From positions 351-64,350 of the forward strand of contig CALFIG010000254.1 in assembly GCA_937876455.1 (NCBI GenBank): 64,000 nucleotides of DNA. The letters are read 5' to 3'. The DNA is from an uncultured Flavobacterium sp. Its GTDB lineage: Bacteria; Bacteroidota; Bacteroidia; Flavobacteriales; Flavobacteriaceae. Below the pieces are notes generated by a model that saw only the letters and a program-made list of their open reading frames with translations, was not told where the DNA came from and searched no databases. Every line of letters begins with the position of its first letter. The stretch's first letter is position 1. Both the position numbers and the translations under genes were made by a program. Shown piece by piece: positions 9,570 through 18,771 of this stretch.

Positions 9570-10394
9570 TTATATTTTGAATGTAATAACAGGTCTTTTA
9601 GAGTGGTTTACTAAATCCTCAGAGATGCTTCCGTTGAAAAAATGCGCTAATCCTTTTCTTCCATGTGTGCACATACCTATTATATCAGAATTCGAATCTT
9701 TGGCAAAATGTAAAATTCCTTTTTCTACATTTAAATCATTATAAATGTGTGTAGAATAGTTTTGAAAATCAAATTCGGCCATAAATTCTTGCATTCTTTT
9801 TTCTGCAATTCTTGAAGGTGAAAAATTATTTGGCGTTGAAATGTTAACCAATTTAATATGTGAGTTAAAACTCTTCGCAAATTCAATAACTTTTGCAAAA
9901 GGTTTTTTAATTTCATCGGAAAAATCAGAGGCAAATACTAAGCTATCTGCTTTGAATGTTTCTTCTTCTTTTTTGATTACGAGTGTAGGTATTGTTGAAT
10001 TTCGAACTACTTTTTCAGCATTAGATCCAATAAACATTTCTTGGAAACCACTTGCGCCATGCGATCCCATAACGATTAAATCTACATTGTGCTTTTCTGC
10101 ATTTTCAATAATGCCTGTAAAAGCCATGTGAAATTGTACTATACTTGAAACTTCAATGCCGTTTAAATAGGTAGATTCTTGTAATTCTTCTAATTTATTA
10201 ACAGCTGCATTTTTAAAAAACATTAATTCAGGTATGTCATGTGCAGTTGATATTGCATCGTTTCCAGATGTTGATAATTCTAACATGTGTAAGATGATAA
10301 TTTTCCCGTTATTTTTTTTTGCGATTTGAGCAGCTACTTTTAAAGCATATTCGGCATGTTTTGAAAAATCTGTAGGGACTAAAATAGTTTTCAT
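9570..10394 (-). CDS. Universal stress protein (tandem UspA domains)
   Basis: MKTILVPTDFS...DLIVMGSHG...GSNAEKVVR and a second domain ending in TH GRKG...GSISEDLV. Confidence 0.93.
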   Translation of the reverse strand: MKTILVPTDFSKHAEYALKVAAQIAKKNNGKIIILHMLELSTSGNDAISTAHDIPELMFFKNAAVNKLEELQESTYLNGIEVSSIVQFHMAFTGIIENAEKHNVDLIVMGSHGASGFQEMFIGSNAEKVVRNSTIPTLVIKKEEETFKADSLVFASDFSDEIKKPFAKVIEFAKSFNSHIKLVNISTPNNFSPSRIAEKRMQEFMAEFDFQNYSTHIYNDLNVEKGILHFAKDSNSDIIGMCTHGRKGLAHFFNGSISEDLVNHSKRPVITFKI

Positions 10395-10483
10395 TGGTAC
10401 TTAATTTTGATTTGTAAATTTCTATACCATAAAATTACAAAATTTATTTTTAACAACTGTTTAAAAATCTTAAAAAATGATAA

Positions 10484-10517
10484 TTTGTTCCATTTTTAAA
10501 AAAAATGTTTATATTTG
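10484..10517 (+). promoter_or_regulatory. Promoter of the rimP-nusA-infB operon
   Basis: TTTG at 10484-10487 and TATATTTG at 10510-10517. Confidence 0.7.
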
Positions 10518-10546
10518 CACAGTTATTTAGTAATCAAACAAATAAT

Positions 10547-10572
10547 GAGGCACGCAATGCGTGCCTCTTTTT
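10547..10572 (+). terminator. Leader terminator/attenuator upstream of rimP
   Basis: Perfect 9-bp stem GAGGCACGC-aat-GCGTGCCTC followed by TTTTT, lying between the promoter and rimP. Confidence 0.7.
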
Positions 10573-10578
10573 ATAGAA

Positions 10579-11046
10579 ATTACATTGAAAGACAAAGTAA
10601 AAAACATATTAGACGCTGTGCTTGCAGATTATGAACAGTTATTTTTAATTGAACTATCTGTTTCTGAGAATAATAGAATCATTATTACGCTTGATGGAGA
10701 TAGGGGTGTTAATCTTCAAGATTGCATTACAATCAGTAGAGCGGTTGAACAAGAATTAGATAAAGAAGAATTGGATTTTTCTTTAGAAGTAGCTTCAGCG
10801 GGAGTGTCTAGTCCATTAAAATTTGTAAGACAATATAAAAAGAATATAGGAAGAAAGTTAAAGGTTAAAACAATTTCAAATGAAGAAATTGAAGCGCTTT
10901 TAACAGATGCAGATGACCAAGCGGCTACTTTTTCTTGGAAAGCAAGAGAGCCAAAAAAAAATGGTAAAGGAAAAGAAACAGTTGAGAAAACAGTACGTTT
11001 ACCATACGGAGAAATAAAAGAATCAATAGTACTAATATCATTTTAA
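10579..11046 (+). CDS. rimP: Ribosome maturation factor RimP (start codon uncertain: ATT 10579 or TTG 10585)
   Basis: LDGDRGV..DC..ISR, LEVASAG, P...RQYKKNIGR motifs and position before nusA. The ORF-track GTG at 10561 lies inside the terminator stem. Confidence 0.9.
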   Translation: MTLKDKVKNILDAVLADYEQLFLIELSVSENNRIIITLDGDRGVNLQDCITISRAVEQELDKEELDFSLEVASAGVSSPLKFVRQYKKNIGRKLKVKTISNEEIEALLTDADDQAATFSWKAREPKKNGKGKETVEKTVRLPYGEIKESIVLISF

Positions 11047-11057
11047 TATAGCGTATC

Positions 11058-12299
11058 ATGGAGAATATTGCATTAATTGAATCATTTTCAGAGTTTAAAG
11101 ACGATAAACTTATAGATAGAGTTACCCTTATGGCAATTCTAGAAGATGTGTTTAGAAATGCTTTGAAGAAAAAATATGGTTCAGATGAAAATTTTGACAT
11201 TATCATAAACCCTGATAAAGGAGATATGGAAATTTGGAGAAATAGAGTCGTTGTTGCAGACGGAGAAGTTGAAGACGAAAATTCTGAAATTTCATTGTCA
11301 GAAGCAAGAAAAATTGAACCAGATTTTGAAGTAGGTGAAGATGTTTCAGAAGAAGTGAAATTAATTGACTTAGGTAGAAGAGCTATTTTAGCTTTACGCC
11401 AAAATTTAATTTCAAAAATTCATGAGCATGATAATACAAATCTTTATAAACAATTTAAAGATTTAATAGGAGATATTTATACTGCTGAGGTACATCATGT
11501 GCGACCAAAAATGGTAGTATTAATGGACGACGATGGAAATGAAATTGTTTTACCAAAAGACAAACAAATTCCAAATGATTTCTTTAAAAAAGGTGAAAAT
11601 GTTCGTGGAATTATTGAAAGTGTAGAATTAAAAGGAAATAAGCCTCAAATAATTATGTCAAGAACTGCTCCAGATTTCTTAGAAAAATTATTTGAACAAG
11701 AAATTCCAGAAGTTTTCGACGGATTAATCACAGTGAAAAAAGTAGTTAGAATTCCAGGTGAAAAAGCAAAAGTAGCCGTAGATTCTTATGACGATAGAAT
11801 TGACCCTGTAGGTGCTTGTGTGGGTATGAAAGGCTCACGTATTCACGGTATAGTTCGCGAATTAGGAAATGAAAATATCGACGTAATTAATTATACAAAC
11901 AACACACAATTATACATAACAAGAGCATTAAGTCCTGCAAAAGTTTCCTCTGTAAAAATTGATGAAGAAAACAAAAAAGCAGAAGTGTTCTTGAAAATTG
12001 AAGAAGTTTCAAAAGCAATCGGGCGTAATGGTCAAAACATTAAATTAGCGAGTCAGTTAACAGGTTATGAATTAGATGTTATTCGCGAAGGAATTGTAGA
12101 AGAGGAGGATGATGTAGAATTAAGAGAATTTACAGACGAAATTGAAGAGTGGATTATTGAAGAATTTGAAAAAATTGGTTTAGATACTGCAAGAAGTATT
12201 TTAGATCAAGATGTAGATGATTTGGTAAGAAGAACAGATCTTGAAGAAGAAACAATTTTGGATGTAATTAGAGTGTTAAAGGAAGAGCTTGAAGGCTAA
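11058..12299 (+). CDS. nusA: Transcription termination/antitermination factor NusA
   Basis: S1 and KH domains: RIPGEKAKVAV, DPVGACVGMKGSRI, AIGRNGQNIKLAS. Confidence 0.98.
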   Translation: MENIALIESFSEFKDDKLIDRVTLMAILEDVFRNALKKKYGSDENFDIIINPDKGDMEIWRNRVVVADGEVEDENSEISLSEARKIEPDFEVGEDVSEEVKLIDLGRRAILALRQNLISKIHEHDNTNLYKQFKDLIGDIYTAEVHHVRPKMVVLMDDDGNEIVLPKDKQIPNDFFKKGENVRGIIESVELKGNKPQIIMSRTAPDFLEKLFEQEIPEVFDGLITVKKVVRIPGEKAKVAVDSYDDRIDPVGACVGMKGSRIHGIVRELGNENIDVINYTNNTQLYITRALSPAKVSSVKIDEENKKAEVFLKIEEVSKAIGRNGQNIKLASQLTGYELDVIREGIVEEEDDVELREFTDEIEEWIIEEFEKIGLDTARSILDQDVDDLVRRTDLEEETILDVIRVLKEELEG

Positions 12300-12380
12300 A
12301 TTCTTAAAAAAACAGAATAAATAATTACCTTTGAGGAAATAAAGACAACACAACAACTAAATTTTAGCAAAATACAATAT

Positions 12381-15185
12381 ATGTCTGAAGAAAGAGCAAT
12401 ACGAATTAATAAAGTCTTAAAAGAATTTAATATTTCATTGGATAGAGCAGTGGAAACACTTAAGGACAAGGGGCACACAATTGAGCACAGTCCTAATGCA
12501 AAAATATCTCAATTGGAGTATGACGTTTTATGTAGTACTTTTTCGGCTGATAAGGGGAACAAAGTAGCCTCTAAAGAAGTAGGTGAGGAAAAGAAAAAAG
12601 AGAAAGAAGCTCTTAAACGTGAAATCGAAAAAGACCTCGAAGAAAAACGTCGCGCTGAAGATGAAAGACAGAAACAAGAAATTATTAAAGCAAAAGCCAC
12701 TGTAACAGGTCCAAAAACACTTGGAAAAATTGAGCTAAATCCAATAAAAGGAGAAGTTGCTGAACAAAAAAATGTTTCGGAAAAACCTGTAGCTAAAATT
12801 GTTGAAAATGCGGTTATAAAAGAAGAAGTAAAATCCGAAAAATCTTCTGAAGCATCAAAATCAGAAACAGAAAAGAAAAAAGTTGCGGAACCAGTTTCAG
12901 TAGTTAAGAAAAAAGAAACCACAACTAATGCACAAGAAAGTGATGATGCATCAATTGATGAAACTATAAAAACCCAATATCAAAAACTTTCAGGTGCTAC
13001 TTTTACAGGACAAACCATTGATTTATCTCAATTTAATAAGCCTAAAAAGAAAAAAGAAGAACCTAAAAAAGATGGTAATCCTGCTGGTACAGGTAATACA
13101 AATCAAGCTGGAGCGAATAACAACAAAAATAAACGCAAAAGAATTACAAAGCCTGCAGGGCCAAATACTGGAGGTGCTGCTAATAATACGCAACAAGGAG
13201 GACAAAGAAAACCATTTGCAGCAGGAAATGATAGATTCAAAAAAGGAGGGCCAAAACCAGCTGTGGCTAAAGTTGAGCCTACAGAAGAAGAAGTTAAAAA
13301 TCAAATCAAAGAGACGCTAGAAAGATTACAAGGAAAAGGTAATAAATCTAAAGCGGCCAAATATAGAAGAGACAAAAGAGATACGCATCGTCAACGTTCA
13401 GAAGACGAACAATTACAACAAGAATTAGAAAGCAAAATCTTAAAAGTAACTGAATTTGTTACAGTTGGAGAAATTGCTACTATGATGGATGTGCCTATTA
13501 CAAAAGTAATTGGAACATGTATGTCTCTAGGCATAATGGTTACCATGAATCAGCGTTTAGATGCAGAAACATTAACTATTGTTGCAGATGAATTTGGGTA
13601 TGAAGTACAATTTATTACAACAGATATTGAAGAAAATATCGAAGTAATAGAAGATAATCCAGAAGATTTAACACATCGTGCGCCAATCGTAACCGTTATG
13701 GGACACGTAGATCACGGAAAGACATCTTTATTAGATTACATTAGAAAAGCAAATGTAATTGCTGGAGAATCAGGAGGAATTACACAACATATTGGCGCGT
13801 ATAGTGTAACTTTAGAAACAGGTCAAAAAATTACATTTTTAGATACACCAGGTCACGAAGCCTTTACAGCTATGCGTGCACGTGGTGCTCAAGTTACAGA
13901 TATCGCTATTATTGTAATTGCTGCAGATGATGATATCATGCCTCAAACAAAAGAAGCAATCAGTCATGCACAAGCAGCGGGAGTTCCTATGATATTTGCT
14001 ATAAATAAAGTAGATAAACAAACTGCAAATCCTGATAAAATCAAAGAAAAATTAGCTTCAATGAACCTTTTAGTGGAAGAATGGGGTGGAAAATACCAAT
14101 CTCATGACATCTCTGCTAAAATGGGAATGGGAGTTACAGAACTTTTAGAAAAAGTATTATTAGAGGCCGAAATATTAGAATTAAAAGCAAATCCAAATAA
14201 ACCGGCACAAGGAACAGTTGTAGAAGCTCAGCTAGATAAAGGACGTGGATATGTTTCTACTATCTTGGTACAAGCAGGGACACTTAAAATTGGCGATTAC
14301 CTTTTAGCTGGTAAAAACCATGGTAAAATCCGTGCCATGTTTGATGAAAGAGGACATACTGTAAAAGAAGCAGGTCCTTCAACACCAGTATCTATCCTTG
14401 GACTAGATGGTGCGCCAACAGCAGGAGATAAGTTTAATGTATATGAAGATGAAAGAGAAGCAAAACAAATTGCTGCAAAACGTACACAATTAATGCGTGA
14501 ACAATCGGTTCGTACACAAAAACATATTACCCTTTCAGAAATTGGGCGCCGTATCGCTTTAGGTCAGTTTAAAGAATTAAACATCATTCTTAAAGGAGAT
14601 GTGGACGGTTCAGTAGAAGCATTATCTGATTCATTCTCTAAATTATCAACGGAAGAAATTCAAATTAATATTATACATAAAGGAGTTGGAGCAATTACAG
14701 AATCTGACGTATTATTAGCGTCTGCTTCAGATGCTATTATTATTGGATTTAATGTTCGTCCTGCTGGAAATGCAAAAGCATTAGCTGAAAAAGAAGAAAT
14801 TGATATCCGAAATTATTCTATTATTTATGCAGCTATTGATGATTTAAAAGATGCAATGGAAGGCATGCTTTCTCCAGAATTAAAAGAAGAAATTACAGGT
14901 ACTGCCGAAATTAGAGAATTGTTTAAAGTTTCTAAAGTAGGAACAATTGCTGGATGTATGGTTACAGATGGTAAAGTAATTCGCAGTAACAGAATCCGAT
15001 TAATTAGAGAAGGGGTTGTTATTTTTACAGGAGAATTGGTTGCTTTAAAACGTTTCAAAGACGATGTAAAAGAAGTATCTAAAGGATACGATTGTGGTAT
15101 GCAAATTAAAGGATACAATGATATTAAGGAATACGATATTATTGAAAGTTTCCACGAAGTCGAAGTAAAGAAAAAATTAAAATAA
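12381..15185 (+). CDS. infB: Translation initiation factor IF-2
   Basis: [13 protein letters not shown] and NKVD G motifs, long charged N-terminus, C-terminal VSKGYDCG. Confidence 0.99.
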   Translation: MSEERAIRINKVLKEFNISLDRAVETLKDKGHTIEHSPNAKISQLEYDVLCSTFSADKGNKVASKEVGEEKKKEKEALKREIEKDLEEKRRAEDERQKQEIIKAKATVTGPKTLGKIELNPIKGEVAEQKNVSEKPVAKIVENAVIKEEVKSEKSSEASKSETEKKKVAEPVSVVKKKETTTNAQESDDASIDETIKTQYQKLSGATFTGQTIDLSQFNKPKKKKEEPKKDGNPAGTGNTNQAGANNNKNKRKRITKPAGPNTGGAANNTQQGGQRKPFAAGNDRFKKGGPKPAVAKVEPTEEEVKNQIKETLERLQGKGNKSKAAKYRRDKRDTHRQRSEDEQLQQELESKILKVTEFVTVGEIATMMDVPITKVIGTCMSLGIMVTMNQRLDAETLTIVADEFGYEVQFITTDIEENIEVIEDNPEDLTHRAPIVTVMGHVDHGKTSLLDYIRKANVIAGESGGITQHIGAYSVTLETGQKITFLDTPGHEAFTAMRARGAQVTDIAIIVIAADDDIMPQTKEAISHAQAAGVPMIFAINKVDKQTANPDKIKEKLASMNLLVEEWGGKYQSHDISAKMGMGVTELLEKVLLEAEILELKANPNKPAQGTVVEAQLDKGRGYVSTILVQAGTLKIGDYLLAGKNHGKIRAMFDERGHTVKEAGPSTPVSILGLDGAPTAGDKFNVYEDEREAKQIAAKRTQLMREQSVRTQKHITLSEIGRRIALGQFKELNIILKGDVDGSVEALSDSFSKLSTEEIQINIIHKGVGAITESDVLLASASDAIIIGFNVRPAGNAKALAEKEEIDIRNYSIIYAAIDDLKDAMEGMLSPELKEEITGTAEIRELFKVSKVGTIAGCMVTDGKVIRSNRIRLIREGVVIFTGELVALKRFKDDVKEVSKGYDCGMQIKGYNDIKEYDIIESFHEVEVKKKLK

Positions 15186-15190
15186 AACGT

Positions 15191-15222
15191 AATCCCGAGT
15201 TTAATTCTCGGGATTTTTTTTT
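15191..15222 (+). terminator. Intrinsic terminator of the rimP-nusA-infB operon
   Basis: AATCCCGAG-tttaatt-CTCGGGATT followed by a long T run. Confidence 0.9.
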
Positions 15223-15308
15223 GCTATAAACCTAACAGACTTTCAAAAATTTTAATAAAAACGAAATAAAATCCGCGATTAAATTAGTTTCTTATCCTTT
15301 TTTTCTCT

Positions 15309-15316
15309 TATTTTTG
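15309..15316 (+). promoter_or_regulatory. -7 promoter element (TATTTTTG) for the aromatic catabolic operon
   Basis: TAnnTTTG match 22 nt upstream of the first gene's ATG. Confidence 0.55.
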
Positions 15317-15338
15317 AGAGGATTATAATAAAATAAAC

Positions 15339-15941
15339 ATGCAATTCGACATTCAAAACACCGAATCTTCGGCTTTATATAAATTATTGACAGGAACTGT
15401 CATTCCAAGACCTATCGCTTGGGTAGCCACTATTGATGAAAATGGAATTGATAATTTGGCTCCGTTTTCCTTTTTTAATGTCGTTAGTGAGGACCCGCCT
15501 CACATTATGTTTTCAACTGTTCGAACGGGAAATAAAAATAAAGACACGTTAAATAATATTCTCGCCAATCAGCAATTTGTAGTCAATTTAGTTACGGAAG
15601 ATGTTGTAGAACAAATGAATACTACTGCACAATCCGTTGCGGCTGATGTCAATGAATTTGAATTAGCAAACGTAACACCAATAGAATCCATTTACATCAA
15701 ACCAAAACGAGTAAAAGAAAGTTTGGTGCAATTTGAATGCGAAATGGTACATCATTATTTTATCGAAAAGCATCAAAAGGGAGGCGCTTGTATTATCATT
15801 GGAAAAATTATTACCATGCATATTGACGATTCAATTTTGATGGAAAATCATAAAATCAATTTAGAAAAATACAAACCTGTTGCGCGTTTAGCAGGTTCAA
15901 ATTATAGTAAATTAGGAGAAATATTCTCCATTAAAAGATAA
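15339..15941 (+). CDS. Flavin reductase-like FMN-binding protein
   Basis: PRPIAWVAT...NLAPFSFFN...KDTLNNI...FVVNLV and C-terminal ARLAGSNY pattern. Confidence 0.9.
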   Translation: MQFDIQNTESSALYKLLTGTVIPRPIAWVATIDENGIDNLAPFSFFNVVSEDPPHIMFSTVRTGNKNKDTLNNILANQQFVVNLVTEDVVEQMNTTAQSVAADVNEFELANVTPIESIYIKPKRVKESLVQFECEMVHHYFIEKHQKGGACIIIGKIITMHIDDSILMENHKINLEKYKPVARLAGSNYSKLGEIFSIKR

Positions 15942-15981
15942 TTTAATTATCAATTATCCATTGTTAGTTATCCATTAAAAT

Positions 15982-18360
15982 ATGAAAATAACAGTTATAG
16001 GTGGTGGTCCAGGCGGACTTTACTTTTCGATATTAACCAAAAAAGCAATGCCACATTGCCAAATCGATATATACGAAAGAAACAAACCCGATGATAGTTT
16101 TGGATTTGGGGTAGTGTTTTCAGATGAAACCTTAGGCGAATTTTTAAAACGCGATATGCAATCGTATGAGTTAATCCGAAGTAAATTTGCGTATTGGGAC
16201 GATATTGTAGTAGCTCGAGATGGTGAAGAAGTAAGTATTGCTGGAAATGGTTTTTGTGGCTGTTCTCGTAAAACGCTCCTCCAATTGCTACAACAACGTT
16301 GTGTAGAAGAAGGTGTAAATTTGCATTTTGAACAAAATGTAGAGGATTTATCGCAATTCGAGGATTCAGATATAATTTTAGCTTCTGATGGAATTGCAAG
16401 TGCTATTCGTACAAAATACCAACAAGAATTCGGAACGAAAATTGAAGTAAAGAAAAACCGATTCGTTTGGTTAGGCTCAACAAAACCGCTTGACGCATTT
16501 ACCTATTTTTTTAGAAGTACACCGCATGGAACGATTGTTGCTCATACCTATCAATACGAAGAAGGCATGAGTACTTGGATTTTTGAATGTAGTGACGAAA
16601 CATGGCAAAAACATGGTTTTGAAGTAACAAATGAAGCAGATACGATGGCAAAAATCGCTGAAATTTTCAAAGAGGAATTAGACGGTCATCCGTTAATTTC
16701 CAATAAATCGCATTGGCGTCAATTTCCGCATGTTACAAATGAAAAGTGGCATCATAACAACATCGTTTTATTAGGCGATGCCAAAGCCACAGCTCATTAT
16801 TCTATTGGTTCAGGAACAAAATTAGCCATGGATTGTGCCATTGGTTTATCGGATGCCGTAATAGCCAATCCAACTAATGTGCAAGCTGCTTTTGAACACT
16901 ACGAAAAAACCCGAAGAAATACGGTAGAAATGATTCAATATGCTGCAGTCGTTTCTTTAGATTGGTTTGAAAATATGGATCGTCATATGCAACATTCGTT
17001 TCAGCAATTTGCATTTGGTTGCATGACGCGTTCTAAAAAAGTAACGTATGAAAATTTACGCTTAAGAGATAGTTCTTTTACTGATAAGGTTTTAGCAGAA
17101 TTTTTATCTTCGAGAACCTCAGATAATAATTTTAGCAAAAGTGTGTTGCCAGAGGCACTCGAAGCCAACAGTTCAAATCAAAAAGCGTTGCCAGAGGCTC
17201 TCGAAAGCAAAAGTGCTGCGTTTTCAAAATTTAAACTAAGAAATATAGAATTACAAAATCGTATCGTAATGTCGTCAATGGGGCAATATTTGGCCGAAAA
17301 CGGATTGGTGAACGATTGGCATTTTCAGCATTACACATCTAGAGCTGTGGGTGGTTTAGGATTAATTCTTGCCGAAATGACAGCTGTTTCTGACACAGGA
17401 AGAATTACAGAAGGTTGCGCAGGAATTTATACCGAAAATCAAGTAAACGCTTGGAAACGAATTACTGATTTTATTCACAAATATACCCAAACTAAAATCG
17501 GAATTCAAATAGGGCATTCAGGAAGAAAAGGTTGTTCAAAAATTCCTTGGGAAGACAAATTTCAGAGTAAAAAATGGGAGTTACTTTCGGCTTCTGCTAT
17601 TCCGTTTAATGAAAATCTAAATCCCGAAACTTCGGGGCCGAAAGAGATGACTTTAGCAGATATGCAATTGGTTAAAAGTCAATTCGTTCAAGCAGCTAAA
17701 AATGCAGACGAAGCTGGTTTTGATATGATTGAATTACAAGCGCATCATGGCTTTTTATTGGCATCTTTTTTGTCGCCATTGACTAATATTCGTACCGATG
17801 AATTTGGAGGAAGTGTTCAAAATCGATTAAAATATCCATTAGAGGTTTTTACCGCCATTCGGGAAGTATTTCCAAAAGAAAAACCAATTTCAGTTCGAAT
17901 TTCAGCAACCGATTGGGCAGAAAACGGAATTTCAGAACAAGATGTTTTGGTAATTTCTAAAGCGTTTAAACAGGCAGGTGCCGATATAATTAATGTTTCT
18001 ACAGGAAATACCGTGGCGCACCAAAAACCAATTACAGGAAGAATGTGGCAAACGCCTTTTTCAGATACGGTTCGAAATACCGTTAATATTCCAACAATTA
18101 CCGCAGGAACAATTCAAGATATCGACCAAATTAACACCATTCTTTTAAACGGAAGAGCCGATTTAGTAGCGCTAGGTCGACCTTTATTGTTAGATACTAA
18201 TTTTGTGAGAAATGCGCAAGCGTATGAACAATTTCAAGCAAATGATATTCCAAATCCATACAAAATGGGTGTTTCGCATTTGTATCCACTAAAAGCTTCA
18301 GAACGAAAACAAGCAGAAGGTATGAAAAAAGCATTGAAACCGAAAAGCAATAAATTATAA
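15982..18360 (+). CDS. Bifunctional salicylyl-CoA 5-hydroxylase / anthraniloyl-CoA monooxygenase-like protein (FAD monooxygenase fused to an OYE-like domain)
   Basis: GGGPGGLY, FGFGVVFSD and LLGDAKATAHYSIGSGTKLA in the N-domain. The C-domain is an old-yellow-enzyme TIM barrel (NIRTDEFGGS..NRLK, GRADLVALGR). Confidence 0.9.
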   Translation: MKITVIGGGPGGLYFSILTKKAMPHCQIDIYERNKPDDSFGFGVVFSDETLGEFLKRDMQSYELIRSKFAYWDDIVVARDGEEVSIAGNGFCGCSRKTLLQLLQQRCVEEGVNLHFEQNVEDLSQFEDSDIILASDGIASAIRTKYQQEFGTKIEVKKNRFVWLGSTKPLDAFTYFFRSTPHGTIVAHTYQYEEGMSTWIFECSDETWQKHGFEVTNEADTMAKIAEIFKEELDGHPLISNKSHWRQFPHVTNEKWHHNNIVLLGDAKATAHYSIGSGTKLAMDCAIGLSDAVIANPTNVQAAFEHYEKTRRNTVEMIQYAAVVSLDWFENMDRHMQHSFQQFAFGCMTRSKKVTYENLRLRDSSFTDKVLAEFLSSRTSDNNFSKSVLPEALEANSSNQKALPEALESKSAAFSKFKLRNIELQNRIVMSSMGQYLAENGLVNDWHFQHYTSRAVGGLGLILAEMTAVSDTGRITEGCAGIYTENQVNAWKRITDFIHKYTQTKIGIQIGHSGRKGCSKIPWEDKFQSKKWELLSASAIPFNENLNPETSGPKEMTLADMQLVKSQFVQAAKNADEAGFDMIELQAHHGFLLASFLSPLTNIRTDEFGGSVQNRLKYPLEVFTAIREVFPKEKPISVRISATDWAENGISEQDVLVISKAFKQAGADIINVSTGNTVAHQKPITGRMWQTPFSDTVRNTVNIPTITAGTIQDIDQINTILLNGRADLVALGRPLLLDTNFVRNAQAYEQFQANDIPNPYKMGVSHLYPLKASERKQAEGMKKALKPKSNKL
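17106..17210. repeat. Three copies of a REP-like hairpin (loop wGAGGcwCTCGAA) inside the hydroxylase coding sequence
   Basis: ATCT-TCGAGAACCTC-AGAT (17106-17124, reverse orientation), TGTTGCC-AGAGGCACTCGAA-GCCAACA (17144-17170), TTGC-CAGAGGCTCTCGAAA-GCAA (17188-17210). Confidence 0.75.
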
Positions 18361-18362
18361 AT

Positions 18363-18387
18363 AATTACGAATTAGAAATTACGAATT
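18363..18387 (+). repeat. Tandem AATTACGAATT repeats (left arm around the 18388 ORF)
   Basis: Exact copies at 18363-18373 and 18377-18387. The reverse complement AATTCGTAATT lies at 18757-18767. Confidence 0.85.
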
Positions 18388-18756
18388 ATGAAAAAAAATA
18401 AAATTTTTTACATCTCAATAATATTAGTTTTTGTTTGTTTTTGCATTTATTATTTTGAACCAATGCATAAGCCTGTTGAAACGTTAGATGAATTGATAGG
18501 TAAAAATTTGGATTTTGTAAATAATAAATATTTTAAATCTGAAGCAGATGAGACAATTAAAATCAACATAAATAATAACTTGAATGAATTTCAAGGAGGA
18601 ATATTAAATAAAAAATCAATATTAACAGATAGTATAGTCTATCAATATACCTGGAAATTTTTCACACACAAAAAAACAATTTGGGTTGGAAAAACAATTG
18701 AAAATAAATACCAAATAATTGATGCAATTAGATATAAAAACAATGTGAAATTTTAA
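18388..18756 (+). CDS. Hypothetical protein with N-terminal membrane anchor/signal
   Basis: 122-aa ORF beginning MKKNKIFYISIILVFVCFCIYYF. No family recognised. Confidence 0.7.
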   Translation: MKKNKIFYISIILVFVCFCIYYFEPMHKPVETLDELIGKNLDFVNNKYFKSEADETIKININNNLNEFQGGILNKKSILTDSIVYQYTWKFFTHKKTIWVGKTIENKYQIIDAIRYKNNVKF

Positions 18757-18771
18757 AATTCGTAATTAACT

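Noticed and set aside
15228-15250. AAACCTAACAG half-site resembling a common Flavobacterium palindromic repeat
   Set aside because: The second arm is missing or degenerate, and it is too short to support.
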